A program made the position numbers and the translations under genes. A DNA stretch of 64,000 bases. Source: a virus. Positions within the stretch are counted from its first letter, which is position 1, and every line of letters starts with the position of its first letter. Positions 19,758 to 28,083 of the stretch are shown piece after piece. The DNA lies in the IMG/VR virus record IMGVR_UViG_3300045391_006247; one strand, 5' to 3'. A model generated the notes under the pieces. It saw nothing but the letters and a program-made list of their open reading frames with translations, was not told where the DNA came from and did not search any database.

Positions 19758-20088
19758 TGATCGTCACTCCCGGCTCAACAGTGATATTCCCTTGGGAGAT
19801 CGTCCGTATCTGTCCGACCCCACCCGATCGAATCCACAAATCCCACTTGTAAGTTCCAGGGGCAAGTATTGCTGTCTGTTCATTCGTCAGGGAGAGCTTG
19901 ATGATTGCGGGGTTTGAGGTTTGAAGGATTCCCGTGGTGAAAGCGATCGCGATTTCTTCTGTGTATTCCCGTTTGAATGCTGCCTTTACCTCAAAACCGG
20001 TTAAATCAACGTCCAGATATAGGTGAACGTTATAATCCGAGTATTGTTGTATCGCGGCATCACCGTTTAGGTGAACAGTGTCAGGCAT
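19741..20088 (-). CDS. BppU N-terminal-like baseplate/fibre adaptor
   Basis: DLTGFEVKAAFK...IKLSLTNEQTAIL.PGTYKWDL pattern. Confidence 0.6.
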   Translation of the reverse strand: MPDTVHLNGDAAIQQYSDYNVHLYLDVDLTGFEVKAAFKREYTEEIAIAFTTGILQTSNPAIIKLSLTNEQTAILAPGTYKWDLWIRSGGVGQIRTISQGNITVEPGVTINVNSN

Positions 20089-20607
20089 ATGGGAATTACC
20101 GCAAAAGGGAAAGAAGTCGGAATATTGGCGGCACTCGATCGGTTAGAAGCTTTTGCAAACTCACCCTCTGGTGTTCTGGAAGATTTCGCACTGTACGCCA
20201 AAGATCAACACACAAAGGCGATGCAGAATCGGTTTGACCCCATCACTGGAAAACCTTGGGCACCCCTGAAACCCTCGACGATCGCTCAACGAAAGGTCAC
20301 GAAACGCCCTAATCAAACAATCCTCAGCACCCTGTACACCGAAGTTAGGGGTAATTCGATGGAGATTGGGTACAACAGTCCGATCGCGGCTTTTCAGCAC
20401 TTTGGGGTCAGTGTTCCGGCTCGCACGATCGTTCCTAAGAACAAAAAAGCGCTGTATTGGGTGGGTGCGGCTCATCCGGTCGGTCGTGTTAATCAACCTG
20501 CGTTTACTGTCCCTGCCCGACCGAGGATTGGCTACTCTCAAGCAGACCTGCAACATCTCGACAAACTGATCGCGCAAAAGATTCAGGCAATTTGGGATGG
20601 TCAATAG
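20071..20607 (+). CDS. Mu gpG/S-like virion morphogenesis (tail completion) protein, inverted relative to neighbours
   Basis: RFDPITGKPWAPLKPSTI...IGYNSPIAAFQHFG...VPARPRIGYS matches the family pattern. Confidence 0.8.
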   Translation: MNSVRHMGITAKGKEVGILAALDRLEAFANSPSGVLEDFALYAKDQHTKAMQNRFDPITGKPWAPLKPSTIAQRKVTKRPNQTILSTLYTEVRGNSMEIGYNSPIAAFQHFGVSVPARTIVPKNKKALYWVGAAHPVGRVNQPAFTVPARPRIGYSQADLQHLDKLIAQKIQAIWDGQ

Positions 20608-21026
20608 CAAGAAATATTCCATCTTCGCCCCTCCTCAAACCGCACGAGTGGAAGTACGATCGCTTCCACCTCTCCACCTGTAATCAGGTTTGCTAGATCG
20701 GCTTGGCTGAGTTCTGATAAAGATTTCAGCCATTCGATCGACTCTTGCGCCTGCTCTGAGATGCGATCGTCCACCCCTAATAGATGGTTAAGGGCGATTC
20801 TCGCCGAATGAATCTTGAGAATGCCGAGGAACCGATCGCTAAACTTACTCGGAGCTACCCCAACAGTTAGCAAATAACCATCGACGATCGCTGACCCATG
20901 CTGGCACGCTGCCGACAGGGACACATCATTGATAGTCTCTGCCGCCGGATCGTTGTAGTTTGTCCCCTGCACCAATAGGTCAGGGTCGTACAACGATCGC
21001 ATGTCAGTGGGGGTGACGTAGGGCAT
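20601..21026 (-). CDS. Mu gp36-like (DUF1320) head-tail adaptor
   Basis: MPYVTPTDM...GSAIVDGYL...AIEWLK-type pattern; position after capsid. Confidence 0.75.
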   Translation of the reverse strand: MPYVTPTDMRSLYDPDLLVQGTNYNDPAAETINDVSLSAACQHGSAIVDGYLLTVGVAPSKFSDRFLGILKIHSARIALNHLLGVDDRISEQAQESIEWLKSLSELSQADLANLITGGEVEAIVLPLVRFEEGRRWNISCY

Positions 21027-21283
21027 TACTTGCCTTTTTTGTGCGCGGGTGGTTCAGATACTACGGTCGCATCCGTGATCGCTTCTTCGGGCGCAGGGAA
21101 GCCTGCGGGATTCGTCACAGCAGGGGCGTTGTACAGGGGTAGCACTGGATCGCCAGACACCACACCCGCCAAAGATGCAGCTTCGGACTCGGTTAACTCG
21201 ACTTCATCACCTGGGTTATAGGACTTGCCATCGTGAACAAGGGGAGATTCAACTTTGTAGGATTTCTTTTGAACTTCAGCCAT
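21026..21283 (-). CDS. Small head-associated protein (Mu gp35-like position)
   Basis: YKVESPLVHDGKSYNPGDEVEL motif; follows capsid gene. Confidence 0.65.
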   Translation of the reverse strand: MAEVQKKSYKVESPLVHDGKSYNPGDEVELTESEAASLAGVVSGDPVLPLYNAPAVTNPAGFPAPEEAITDATVVSEPPAHKKGK

Positions 21284-21312
21284 GATGCCTCCATTAAATT
21301 AATAGCGATCGG

Positions 21313-22305
21313 TTAGTCAACAGCGGTCTGAATCAGATATCCAGAGTTAATCAGTCCACCTGACACCCCGGTCAAAACGGGTTGACGGTGCAGTTTAGCG
21401 CCAAAGATCCACGCATCAGCGTTGTCATCGTGATATTTCGGCTTAGCCATTGGATGACCCTGCATCACATAGGTGTATCCAGTCGCAGGGGCATAGCGAT
21501 TGATCTGCTGCGTCGTCTGATAGGTCAAGCGATTAGAACCCAAAGCCGCGGGGTTGACGTAAGACATGATGATGTCTTTACCCCAAACATCGGTGGGCGT
21601 GCCCGTGATGTCATCCGCGATCGCCATCCCCACCACAACCTTTTGAAATCCATAAATCTGAGCCAACATCTCAGGGGTGATGGATTCAGAAGAAGTGTAT
21701 TTCAGCTTGTCGCGAATCTCTGGATTCTCCTGAAGTCCAGGAAGAACAGCGGCAGGAATCTCCATCACGTTGGGGTAAACCCCGATCGCAGCTCTAACCG
21801 CTTCTTTGCCTGCACGAATAACGGCAGAAGGGGTAGATGCTGCGTTGTTGAATCGGGAAGTGCCCGACAATGCGATCTTGTTGTTTGAGGCGTAGTTTGA
21901 GGCGTTCCGCAGAAGTGCGGCTTGCTCTACTTCAAGGTTGAGTGTTAGTCCACTCATGCAAGCATCCATCGCGTATTGCGACCAGTTAATACCAATCTGC
22001 CCGGCTTCTGAAATCTGCTCATCAGGGAGGGCGTGTTCCAAAGCATCCAGAATCAAGTTAAACGCAGTGTTGCTTGTATAGCCTGTCTGAATCCGTTTCG
22101 TCGCAGCACCGGGCGATCGCCGTGAGTTATACGTCTGAAAACATGCGCGATCGAACTCAATAATTCTGCCGCCGTAGGTGACAACCTCAGCAAAGGGAAG
22201 TAGGTTCATCCCCACTAGCTCAAGCTGTTTGAAGCCTTGAGCCATCGTTGTCAGAATGGGATCAATTACTCGCGTTTCTTTTAGTGATCTTCCAGTTCCA
22301 ACCAT
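21313..22305 (-). CDS. Major capsid protein
   Basis: 330 aa, RVIDPILTTMAQGF N-terminus, position after protease and decoration genes. Confidence 0.85.
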   Translation of the reverse strand: MVGTGRSLKETRVIDPILTTMAQGFKQLELVGMNLLPFAEVVTYGGRIIEFDRACFQTYNSRRSPGAATKRIQTGYTSNTAFNLILDALEHALPDEQISEAGQIGINWSQYAMDACMSGLTLNLEVEQAALLRNASNYASNNKIALSGTSRFNNAASTPSAVIRAGKEAVRAAIGVYPNVMEIPAAVLPGLQENPEIRDKLKYTSSESITPEMLAQIYGFQKVVVGMAIADDITGTPTDVWGKDIIMSYVNPAALGSNRLTYQTTQQINRYAPATGYTYVMQGHPMAKPKYHDDNADAWIFGAKLHRQPVLTGVSGGLINSGYLIQTAVD

Positions 22306-22320
22306 CTTGTTTTATCTCTC

Positions 22321-22662
22321 CTAGTTGGACAATAAAAGAACTTCAAAGTTTTGGTCAGCCGCCGTTGCAGCCTCCAATGCGCGAGCAACAGTAACGCCAG
22401 CCGACTTTGTGACGAGCCGCCCTGACGCATCCGTTTCAAGAGCAGCGCCAAGGGCAACAGCCGCGCCCGAAGTCGCGATCGACGTTCCTTGCACATCCAC
22501 CGTGACGTATTCGCCAGCCGCAGTTGCACCGTAATCAGCAATACCCAAGATCGCGACCGCAGCACCCGCCTGAGCACCCGCATAGGTCACAGCCCGCTTT
22601 TTAGCGATCGCACCTGTTGACTTGATAGTCAAAGTTAGAACCGTAATTTTCTGGGTTCCCAT
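22321..22662 (-). CDS. Capsid cement/decoration protein (DUF2190-like)
   Basis: 113 aa, Ala/Gly rich, GAAVALGAALETDASGRLV...ARALEAA. Confidence 0.8.
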   Translation of the reverse strand: MGTQKITVLTLTIKSTGAIAKKRAVTYAGAQAGAAVAILGIADYGATAAGEYVTVDVQGTSIATSGAAVALGAALETDASGRLVTKSAGVTVARALEAATAADQNFEVLLLSN

Positions 22663-22665
22663 TGT

Positions 22666-24021
22666 TTAGTACACTCCTCTAGTAACAGCCGCGATCGCTT
22701 CGCTGAAATCGCAATTTTGCGCCTTTTGGTATTCCTGAGCCTTGCGAAAAGTCTTGGCAGATTCCGGATCTACGGAATAACCGGGCGGCAAAGAAATTCC
22801 GGCAACCTCTGAAAAGTCAGTTGGCGCATCTTCGGGGTTGATCGGTAGGCGTCGATCAGTCCACAAAGGTTTTCTGTTTGCCAACTTTGCCTCATATTTA
22901 GCGCGAGGGGTAAGCTGCCCCTCTTCGCCGTAGTCTGCGGTCGTGGTGTTATCCAAGGACAAGATGAATCGAATTTCGTCATCCTTCTCAACCAAATCAA
23001 TCTTGTGATCTCTGACCAACGTTTCACAAAACGCAGAAACGCGATCGGTTTCACGTTGCAGCTGAACATCTTTGTTCTGCTGAAGCAGGAATTGCACGCT
23101 TGCTTTTAGTTGCTCGTTTTCAGCTTTCAGTTCGCTGTATTGAGCTGTTGACACTTCGTCTGTCACAGGGGTTGTATCCTCTTGCTCTTGATAATCGGGC
23201 ATAGACTTTTGCTCCAGTTGGTCAATTCGTTGGGCTAGCATGGCAACCATGTCAGGAGTTACGTCCGGTTGCCAAGGTTGAGACGCGATCGCATTCAATT
23301 GATCGAGGACGAATGAGGGGTAAAGCTTGTCGGCTTCTTCAACGCCTTTTTCCTCGATTAAGCGATCGCGACTACGGCTATAAAAATCGCGGAATAAAGA
23401 AGCCAGTTGCGGTGAATCACCCCCAAAGCTGGCAGCAGTAGCGCTAACTGATTGCAATGCGGCGTAAAGTTTCGCCCCTAGCTTTGCCTGCTCGATCGTT
23501 TCTTCGTCAGCATCGAGGGCAAAATCAACAGTCCCCTCTTGCTCTTCGGCGTAGCAGGGGAATTCTGCCAGCGGTTCAGTGAAGGCGAGGTTCATCCCCT
23601 TGACTGCGGGAGGGTCAACCCCTAATCCAGAAATGTGGCGCAGTGCCAACTTGCCAGGATAGGGATTGTGGGGGGAACCAGGGAGATAGAAACTAGACGA
23701 CAATCCGAGAATGTTGCCGTTCTTAACCCACTCCTGGAATTGGGGCGATATCTTCTTAAAGCCTGCCAACAACCGATCGCCCACCCGTTTCAGCTTGTCG
23801 GGATAGCCGTAAGCCAGTTGAGACTTGTGCAAATCTGCATCAGAATATCCCGCAGTCGAGTGGGCGGGGTAACTGACAATTAGGGGAGCTTTGAAGTGAT
23901 CGGGATTGTACGTACTTACAGCCTGATCTAGCTCGTCTGTCGCGTAATTACGGGATATTCCATTAGAAGAAGTCCTCGCTCCTCCAACGAAACACTCAAG
24001 CCATTTGAGGTCTTCTGGCAC
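22666..24021 (-). CDS. Mu gpI-like prohead protease/scaffold
   Basis: APLIVS..H, LAYG, SSSFY, LRHISGLGVDPPAVKGM motifs plus acidic coiled-coil scaffold tail. Confidence 0.85.
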   Translation of the reverse strand: MPEDLKWLECFVGGARTSSNGISRNYATDELDQAVSTYNPDHFKAPLIVSYPAHSTAGYSDADLHKSQLAYGYPDKLKRVGDRLLAGFKKISPQFQEWVKNGNILGLSSSFYLPGSPHNPYPGKLALRHISGLGVDPPAVKGMNLAFTEPLAEFPCYAEEQEGTVDFALDADEETIEQAKLGAKLYAALQSVSATAASFGGDSPQLASLFRDFYSRSRDRLIEEKGVEEADKLYPSFVLDQLNAIASQPWQPDVTPDMVAMLAQRIDQLEQKSMPDYQEQEDTTPVTDEVSTAQYSELKAENEQLKASVQFLLQQNKDVQLQRETDRVSAFCETLVRDHKIDLVEKDDEIRFILSLDNTTTADYGEEGQLTPRAKYEAKLANRKPLWTDRRLPINPEDAPTDFSEVAGISLPPGYSVDPESAKTFRKAQEYQKAQNCDFSEAIAAVTRGVY

Positions 24022-24124
24022 GATCGCTATTCCTGAGACTGCTTCAAGCCTATTTCAGGGATGGGCGATCGGCATTGGCGTTGTTGGAGTTTCAGTTAAT
24101 ATGTTGGAATAACCGCTAAATTGT

Positions 24125-24370
24125 TTGACAGATATGCAATCATCGCTCGCACTTCAGATTACAGAGTCAGACCCATACAAAAGACAGGGTGCGATCGTTG
24201 AGATGGCAAGAATAGCAACAAGAAAAAGCCGCAAAGATTTAGCGACTGAACTTTCCGTAACTCCGGAAACAGTTCGATTGTGGGAGAAGGGCGATCGCAC
24301 CATTAGTGGAGTGATGCTGGGCAGGATTGCGATCGCGCTTGGGCAGGATGTGTCGTTGTTTTTGAGTTAA
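24125..24370 (+). CDS. XRE-family HTH regulator (inverted insert in head module)
   Basis: SRKDLATELSVTPETVRLWEKGDRTI HTH. Confidence 0.8.
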   Translation: MTDMQSSLALQITESDPYKRQGAIVEMARIATRKSRKDLATELSVTPETVRLWEKGDRTISGVMLGRIAIALGQDVSLFLS

Positions 24371-24375
24371 GAATT

Positions 24376-24699
24376 ATGAGCGTATCTCGCTGGCTGTGCT
24401 TATTGACTAAAGAAGAGTTTGAGGTCGCCCAGACTAATCATGGGTATGGTGAGAGCTGGTTTCACGGGCTAATTCCCCTTCATCCCTGCTTTGAATTTGG
24501 CGACGGACGGGATGAGAACGAGTTAGGAGAACCGCTCAGTAGCGACTGCTACGACCTACAAGATGAACCCTTTGCCGCTAATACTGATAGGCTCAAGGCT
24601 TTGTACGAGCAGTGCTCTGACTTTGACGAAGCAAAATGGGATGCCATCGAACAAACAGCATCCCACTCCGATCGATATATTTATTTTTATTCGGAATAG
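24376..24699 (+). CDS. Hypothetical acidic protein
   Basis: 107-aa ORF 5 nt after the XRE gene. Confidence 0.7.
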   Translation: MSVSRWLCLLTKEEFEVAQTNHGYGESWFHGLIPLHPCFEFGDGRDENELGEPLSSDCYDLQDEPFAANTDRLKALYEQCSDFDEAKWDAIEQTASHSDRYIYFYSE

Positions 24700-24795
24700 G
24701 CGATCGCTCTATCAGTCAGATTGCTTGACATCACTCTTACTCGTGCGCATCAGGTTCAATAATTCGATCGCGAGCTCTTCGGCGTTAGCCTGCTT

Positions 24796-26442
24796 TTACA
24801 CCCCCAAGAACTCTTCGTTAGCTAAATCAGCAAAATCCAAAGCTTCAAACGAATACCACCATTCGTCTGAAATTTCCGAGAAGTTGAGTTCTTTTTTAAG
24901 CTTGTTGTAAGCGTTATTTATTCTCTCAAATTCCTGAGAAGAACCACCTACGTCTGGATGCGCCTGCAAAGACGCTTTACGGTAAGCAGTTTTAATTTGC
25001 GCTGGGGTAGCGTCCTTGGAAACGCCAAGAACATCGCGAGATGCCGAGGGATGCAAAGCACCTTGCAAATGTCTTTTGATTAGCTCACGTTGACGGTTTT
25101 CAGTTGCAGCAGGTACTTCGCGATCGGGGGGTGGGGCATACTCTGCTTTAAATCCCAAGACTGATTCAAGCTGCTCTTGAATCGTTTTTTGATCTCCTTT
25201 TGCAATTCGAGTCTGGATTTTTTTGGCTGTCGCTTCTTGTTTTGCTTGATCCGCGTCGAATTCTTCTTCTACCCTCTTCCGTAGTTCGTCTTGCGATAAT
25301 TTCAGCCGATCGGTAAGCCGTTTAGCCGTAGCTTGAGCAGACTCTTTTTCGGTTTCTTGCTGCTTGAGCTGCTTTTCTAATTTTGCTTTGACAGTTGGCT
25401 TTGTCTTGGGGTTCGCAATTTTAGCTTTCGTAGCCTCGATCGTGGCGTCGGTTATAAACGCATACCGCTGCCAATCGCCGTAGTCAATTCCATCCGCATT
25501 TTTCTTGACGTTGTCTTCGTGGAGTTCCTTTGCAACTTGATTCAAGTAGGCATTCTTGTCTCCCATTGCACGCCTCACCTCGTCTGGGGCGTCCTCCCAA
25601 TATTGGGACCCAGAAGGTTTGTATCGCCTCTCCAACTTTGAGCGCAATGTCAACCCTTCGGCACTGGTGTTATAGGCGAGCTGATCTTTAATCCAACCGT
25701 CGATATCAGCGTTACTCGGGTTGTCAGAAGCGTACTTTTGATCGATTTTTTCTTGCTCTGACTTTGGTGTGGACGATTTAGATTCTGAATCAGACGATTT
25801 TGATTCGGTTTTCGTCAACTTGCCAGCAATAGGAGAGATCGACCCACCTTTCGTCGTCGGAGTGTCAGAAGTTGCCTCACTAGGACTTGTAGTAGTTTTC
25901 TTGGCTTTAGTCTTAGCCTTAGTTGCAACAGTCTCAACAGCTTGCGATTGCTCATGGCTCGGAGCGTAGCGGCAATTTTTCTTTCCGTCCTGGCATTTCC
26001 CTCCGCACTGTGTGTTACCCGGCTTGCAGTTGAGTTTTTTGGATGCCCTAGCCGATTTAGACTTAACCGCTGTCGCTGCAAACTCGATCGCCCCCGCCCA
26101 GTCCTCGTCGTTGTTCTCGTCAAACTCTGCCATTTCAGGATTGACGGACTGAGCAGGGATGAGTTTGTAATCCCAAGCCGATGGCGACATTGAGAACTGG
26201 TAAAACTGAGATTTTGCAAGACTTAGTTTTTGCTCCGCTTTACCCCTAAATGTGTTTGTGTTAGAGTCGATCGTCAAGTCGAAGACACGTTGAATCACAC
26301 CCCCCACTTCTTCATCAAGAAGCGATCGCACCTCTCCTAAAATTTCAGGGTCAGTAACGGGGATTGATTCAGAAAAGTTTTGACTCTCTTGATAAAGTTT
26401 TCCTAGTTCTACAAAAGCTTTAGCGCGATCGGTTAACAGCAT
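24796..26442 (-). CDS. Cargo-family paralog 2: shared N-terminal module plus C-terminal DnaJ J-domain
   Basis: RDVLGVSKDATPAQIKTAYRKASLQAHPDVGGSSQEFERINNAYNKL with intact HPD. Confidence 0.85.
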   Translation of the reverse strand: MLLTDRAKAFVELGKLYQESQNFSESIPVTDPEILGEVRSLLDEEVGGVIQRVFDLTIDSNTNTFRGKAEQKLSLAKSQFYQFSMSPSAWDYKLIPAQSVNPEMAEFDENNDEDWAGAIEFAATAVKSKSARASKKLNCKPGNTQCGGKCQDGKKNCRYAPSHEQSQAVETVATKAKTKAKKTTTSPSEATSDTPTTKGGSISPIAGKLTKTESKSSDSESKSSTPKSEQEKIDQKYASDNPSNADIDGWIKDQLAYNTSAEGLTLRSKLERRYKPSGSQYWEDAPDEVRRAMGDKNAYLNQVAKELHEDNVKKNADGIDYGDWQRYAFITDATIEATKAKIANPKTKPTVKAKLEKQLKQQETEKESAQATAKRLTDRLKLSQDELRKRVEEEFDADQAKQEATAKKIQTRIAKGDQKTIQEQLESVLGFKAEYAPPPDREVPAATENRQRELIKRHLQGALHPSASRDVLGVSKDATPAQIKTAYRKASLQAHPDVGGSSQEFERINNAYNKLKKELNFSEISDEWWYSFEALDFADLANEEFLGV

Positions 26443-26500
26443 ACTTATTTCTTTTGTTTCGTATGGATTGCAATTGCGTTTTGAAAGAATTTAGACACCA

Positions 26501-26689
26501 TTACATCCCAAATAATCTTTGCTCAACCATATAAAAACCTTCGATCGCCTGTCTTGCTTCGTTGGCTTCCTGTTCGGGCAATCCGGACAAACCTCTAGCA
26601 ATATTTCTTACCTCATCCCTTGAGTTTTCTAAGTTCACGAGTGTTAGCTGTTGAGTTAACTCTTTGACTCTGTCTGCTGTGTTTGTCAT
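26501..26689 (-). CDS. Small protein coupled to the metalloprotease gene (candidate immunity/partner)
   Basis: 62 aa, ATGA overlap with 26686..28083. Confidence 0.7.
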   Translation of the reverse strand: MTNTADRVKELTQQLTLVNLENSRDEVRNIARGLSGLPEQEANEARQAIEGFYMVEQRLFGM

Positions 26690-28083
26690 TTCTTTTTACT
26701 TTGGGCTGCAAGTTCTAGTGTGTCTTCAATGAATTTATGCCCGATCGGATCAAAAGCCTTGTAGGATTCCCCGTCAAGCACCCACGCGGCAAAATGCTCG
26801 GCAAACCACTCATCGTTGTTGGTATTAGCGTAACTTGTCAGGGTTTTGGTATCGTCTGGGTATATAACCATGCGAGCCGAATCAGCCTTAAACAGTACTT
26901 GATGTCCCACTTCGTGTAGATATGTCGACAAAGTCGCAGTATCCGGATCAACAGCGATCGATGATATTGAATGCCTCGGCAATTCAAATTCATGGGCGGT
27001 AATTGCACTCTGAATGGTCGCGCCCAAGTCTCGAGCATCAGGCGAAAACCTTCCCGACTTGCCTTCTCGAATATTAACAAACACATGATTTGCGATTTGT
27101 ATTGTATGCCCATTTGCCCCATCAAGCGGAGTAACAGAAGGTGAGATCGCCTTAAAAAAATCAGGATGTTCTCTGTTGATTTTTTCTCTCACCCTTCCGC
27201 CCGCAATAACAACACCTTTCGACTCCTGCCAGTAACGATATCGATCGTCGTTAATGAAGTCGTAATTTTTGACTCCCTTTGCGATAGTCTTGGCTTGAGC
27301 AAGATAACCAGGAGCTTCCTCATCCCAAAACGCAGCCTGGACCTCGTGCTTGTTAACAAACGATCGGAACTTCTCAACCCTTTCCGCCGCTCCAGATGTG
27401 GGGATGCTGTCGAGAGCATTTTCGAGGGCAGCCTGAGTAACTCTTGATTTAATTCCGATCGTATGACCATCAAACATTTTTGCCCCAGACTTAGGGGTAA
27501 CACCCGCATCTTGTGCAGCTTTCGGAGTACTTGTTTTAGGTGCGATCGAGTTTGTTTCTGACGGTTTTAATGTGCCCGCCTTTATCGCTGCGGCTTTGGC
27601 TTTTCTGACAACTGACTGAGCCTTCTTCTTTTGCTCTGGACTCATGCCGTGATAGCAGTTGAGCGTCTCTTTTTGGCACTTTCCCCCGCATTGCATGTTG
27701 CCGGGTCGGCAGTTGAGCTTCTTGCCACTTCTAGCAACAAACTCAACAAGATCACCCCAGTCCTCGTCGGACTCCCCAAATCCAACAGGAGAACTTACAA
27801 CCTTGTACACAATGCGATCAGGGGTAATCGTGAAGCCATAAGTCCGAATTCTAGACAAAGAAACCCTTTGATCAGCCTTCCCTTTTAGGGTGTCGGTGTC
27901 AGGGTCAAGGGTTAACTCAAACACTCGCTCAAGGTCGCCAACTTCATCCTCTAACAGCGATCGCACATCCCCCGCCACATCTGAATCGAAAATAGCGATC
28001 GGTTCAGCAAAACTGCCAACCAAAGAAGCAAGCCAAACTTTTCCCAGTTCAGCAAAAGCTTTGGCGCGATCGGTTAACAACAC
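26686..28083 (-). CDS. Cargo-family paralog 1: shared N-terminal module plus zincin metallopeptidase (lethal-factor/MPTase-like)
   Basis: YLHEVGH (HExxH) followed by TSYANTNNDEWFAEHF third-ligand motif. Confidence 0.85.
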   Translation of the reverse strand: MLLTDRAKAFAELGKVWLASLVGSFAEPIAIFDSDVAGDVRSLLEDEVGDLERVFELTLDPDTDTLKGKADQRVSLSRIRTYGFTITPDRIVYKVVSSPVGFGESDEDWGDLVEFVARSGKKLNCRPGNMQCGGKCQKETLNCYHGMSPEQKKKAQSVVRKAKAAAIKAGTLKPSETNSIAPKTSTPKAAQDAGVTPKSGAKMFDGHTIGIKSRVTQAALENALDSIPTSGAAERVEKFRSFVNKHEVQAAFWDEEAPGYLAQAKTIAKGVKNYDFINDDRYRYWQESKGVVIAGGRVREKINREHPDFFKAISPSVTPLDGANGHTIQIANHVFVNIREGKSGRFSPDARDLGATIQSAITAHEFELPRHSISSIAVDPDTATLSTYLHEVGHQVLFKADSARMVIYPDDTKTLTSYANTNNDEWFAEHFAAWVLDGESYKAFDPIGHKFIEDTLELAAQSKKK

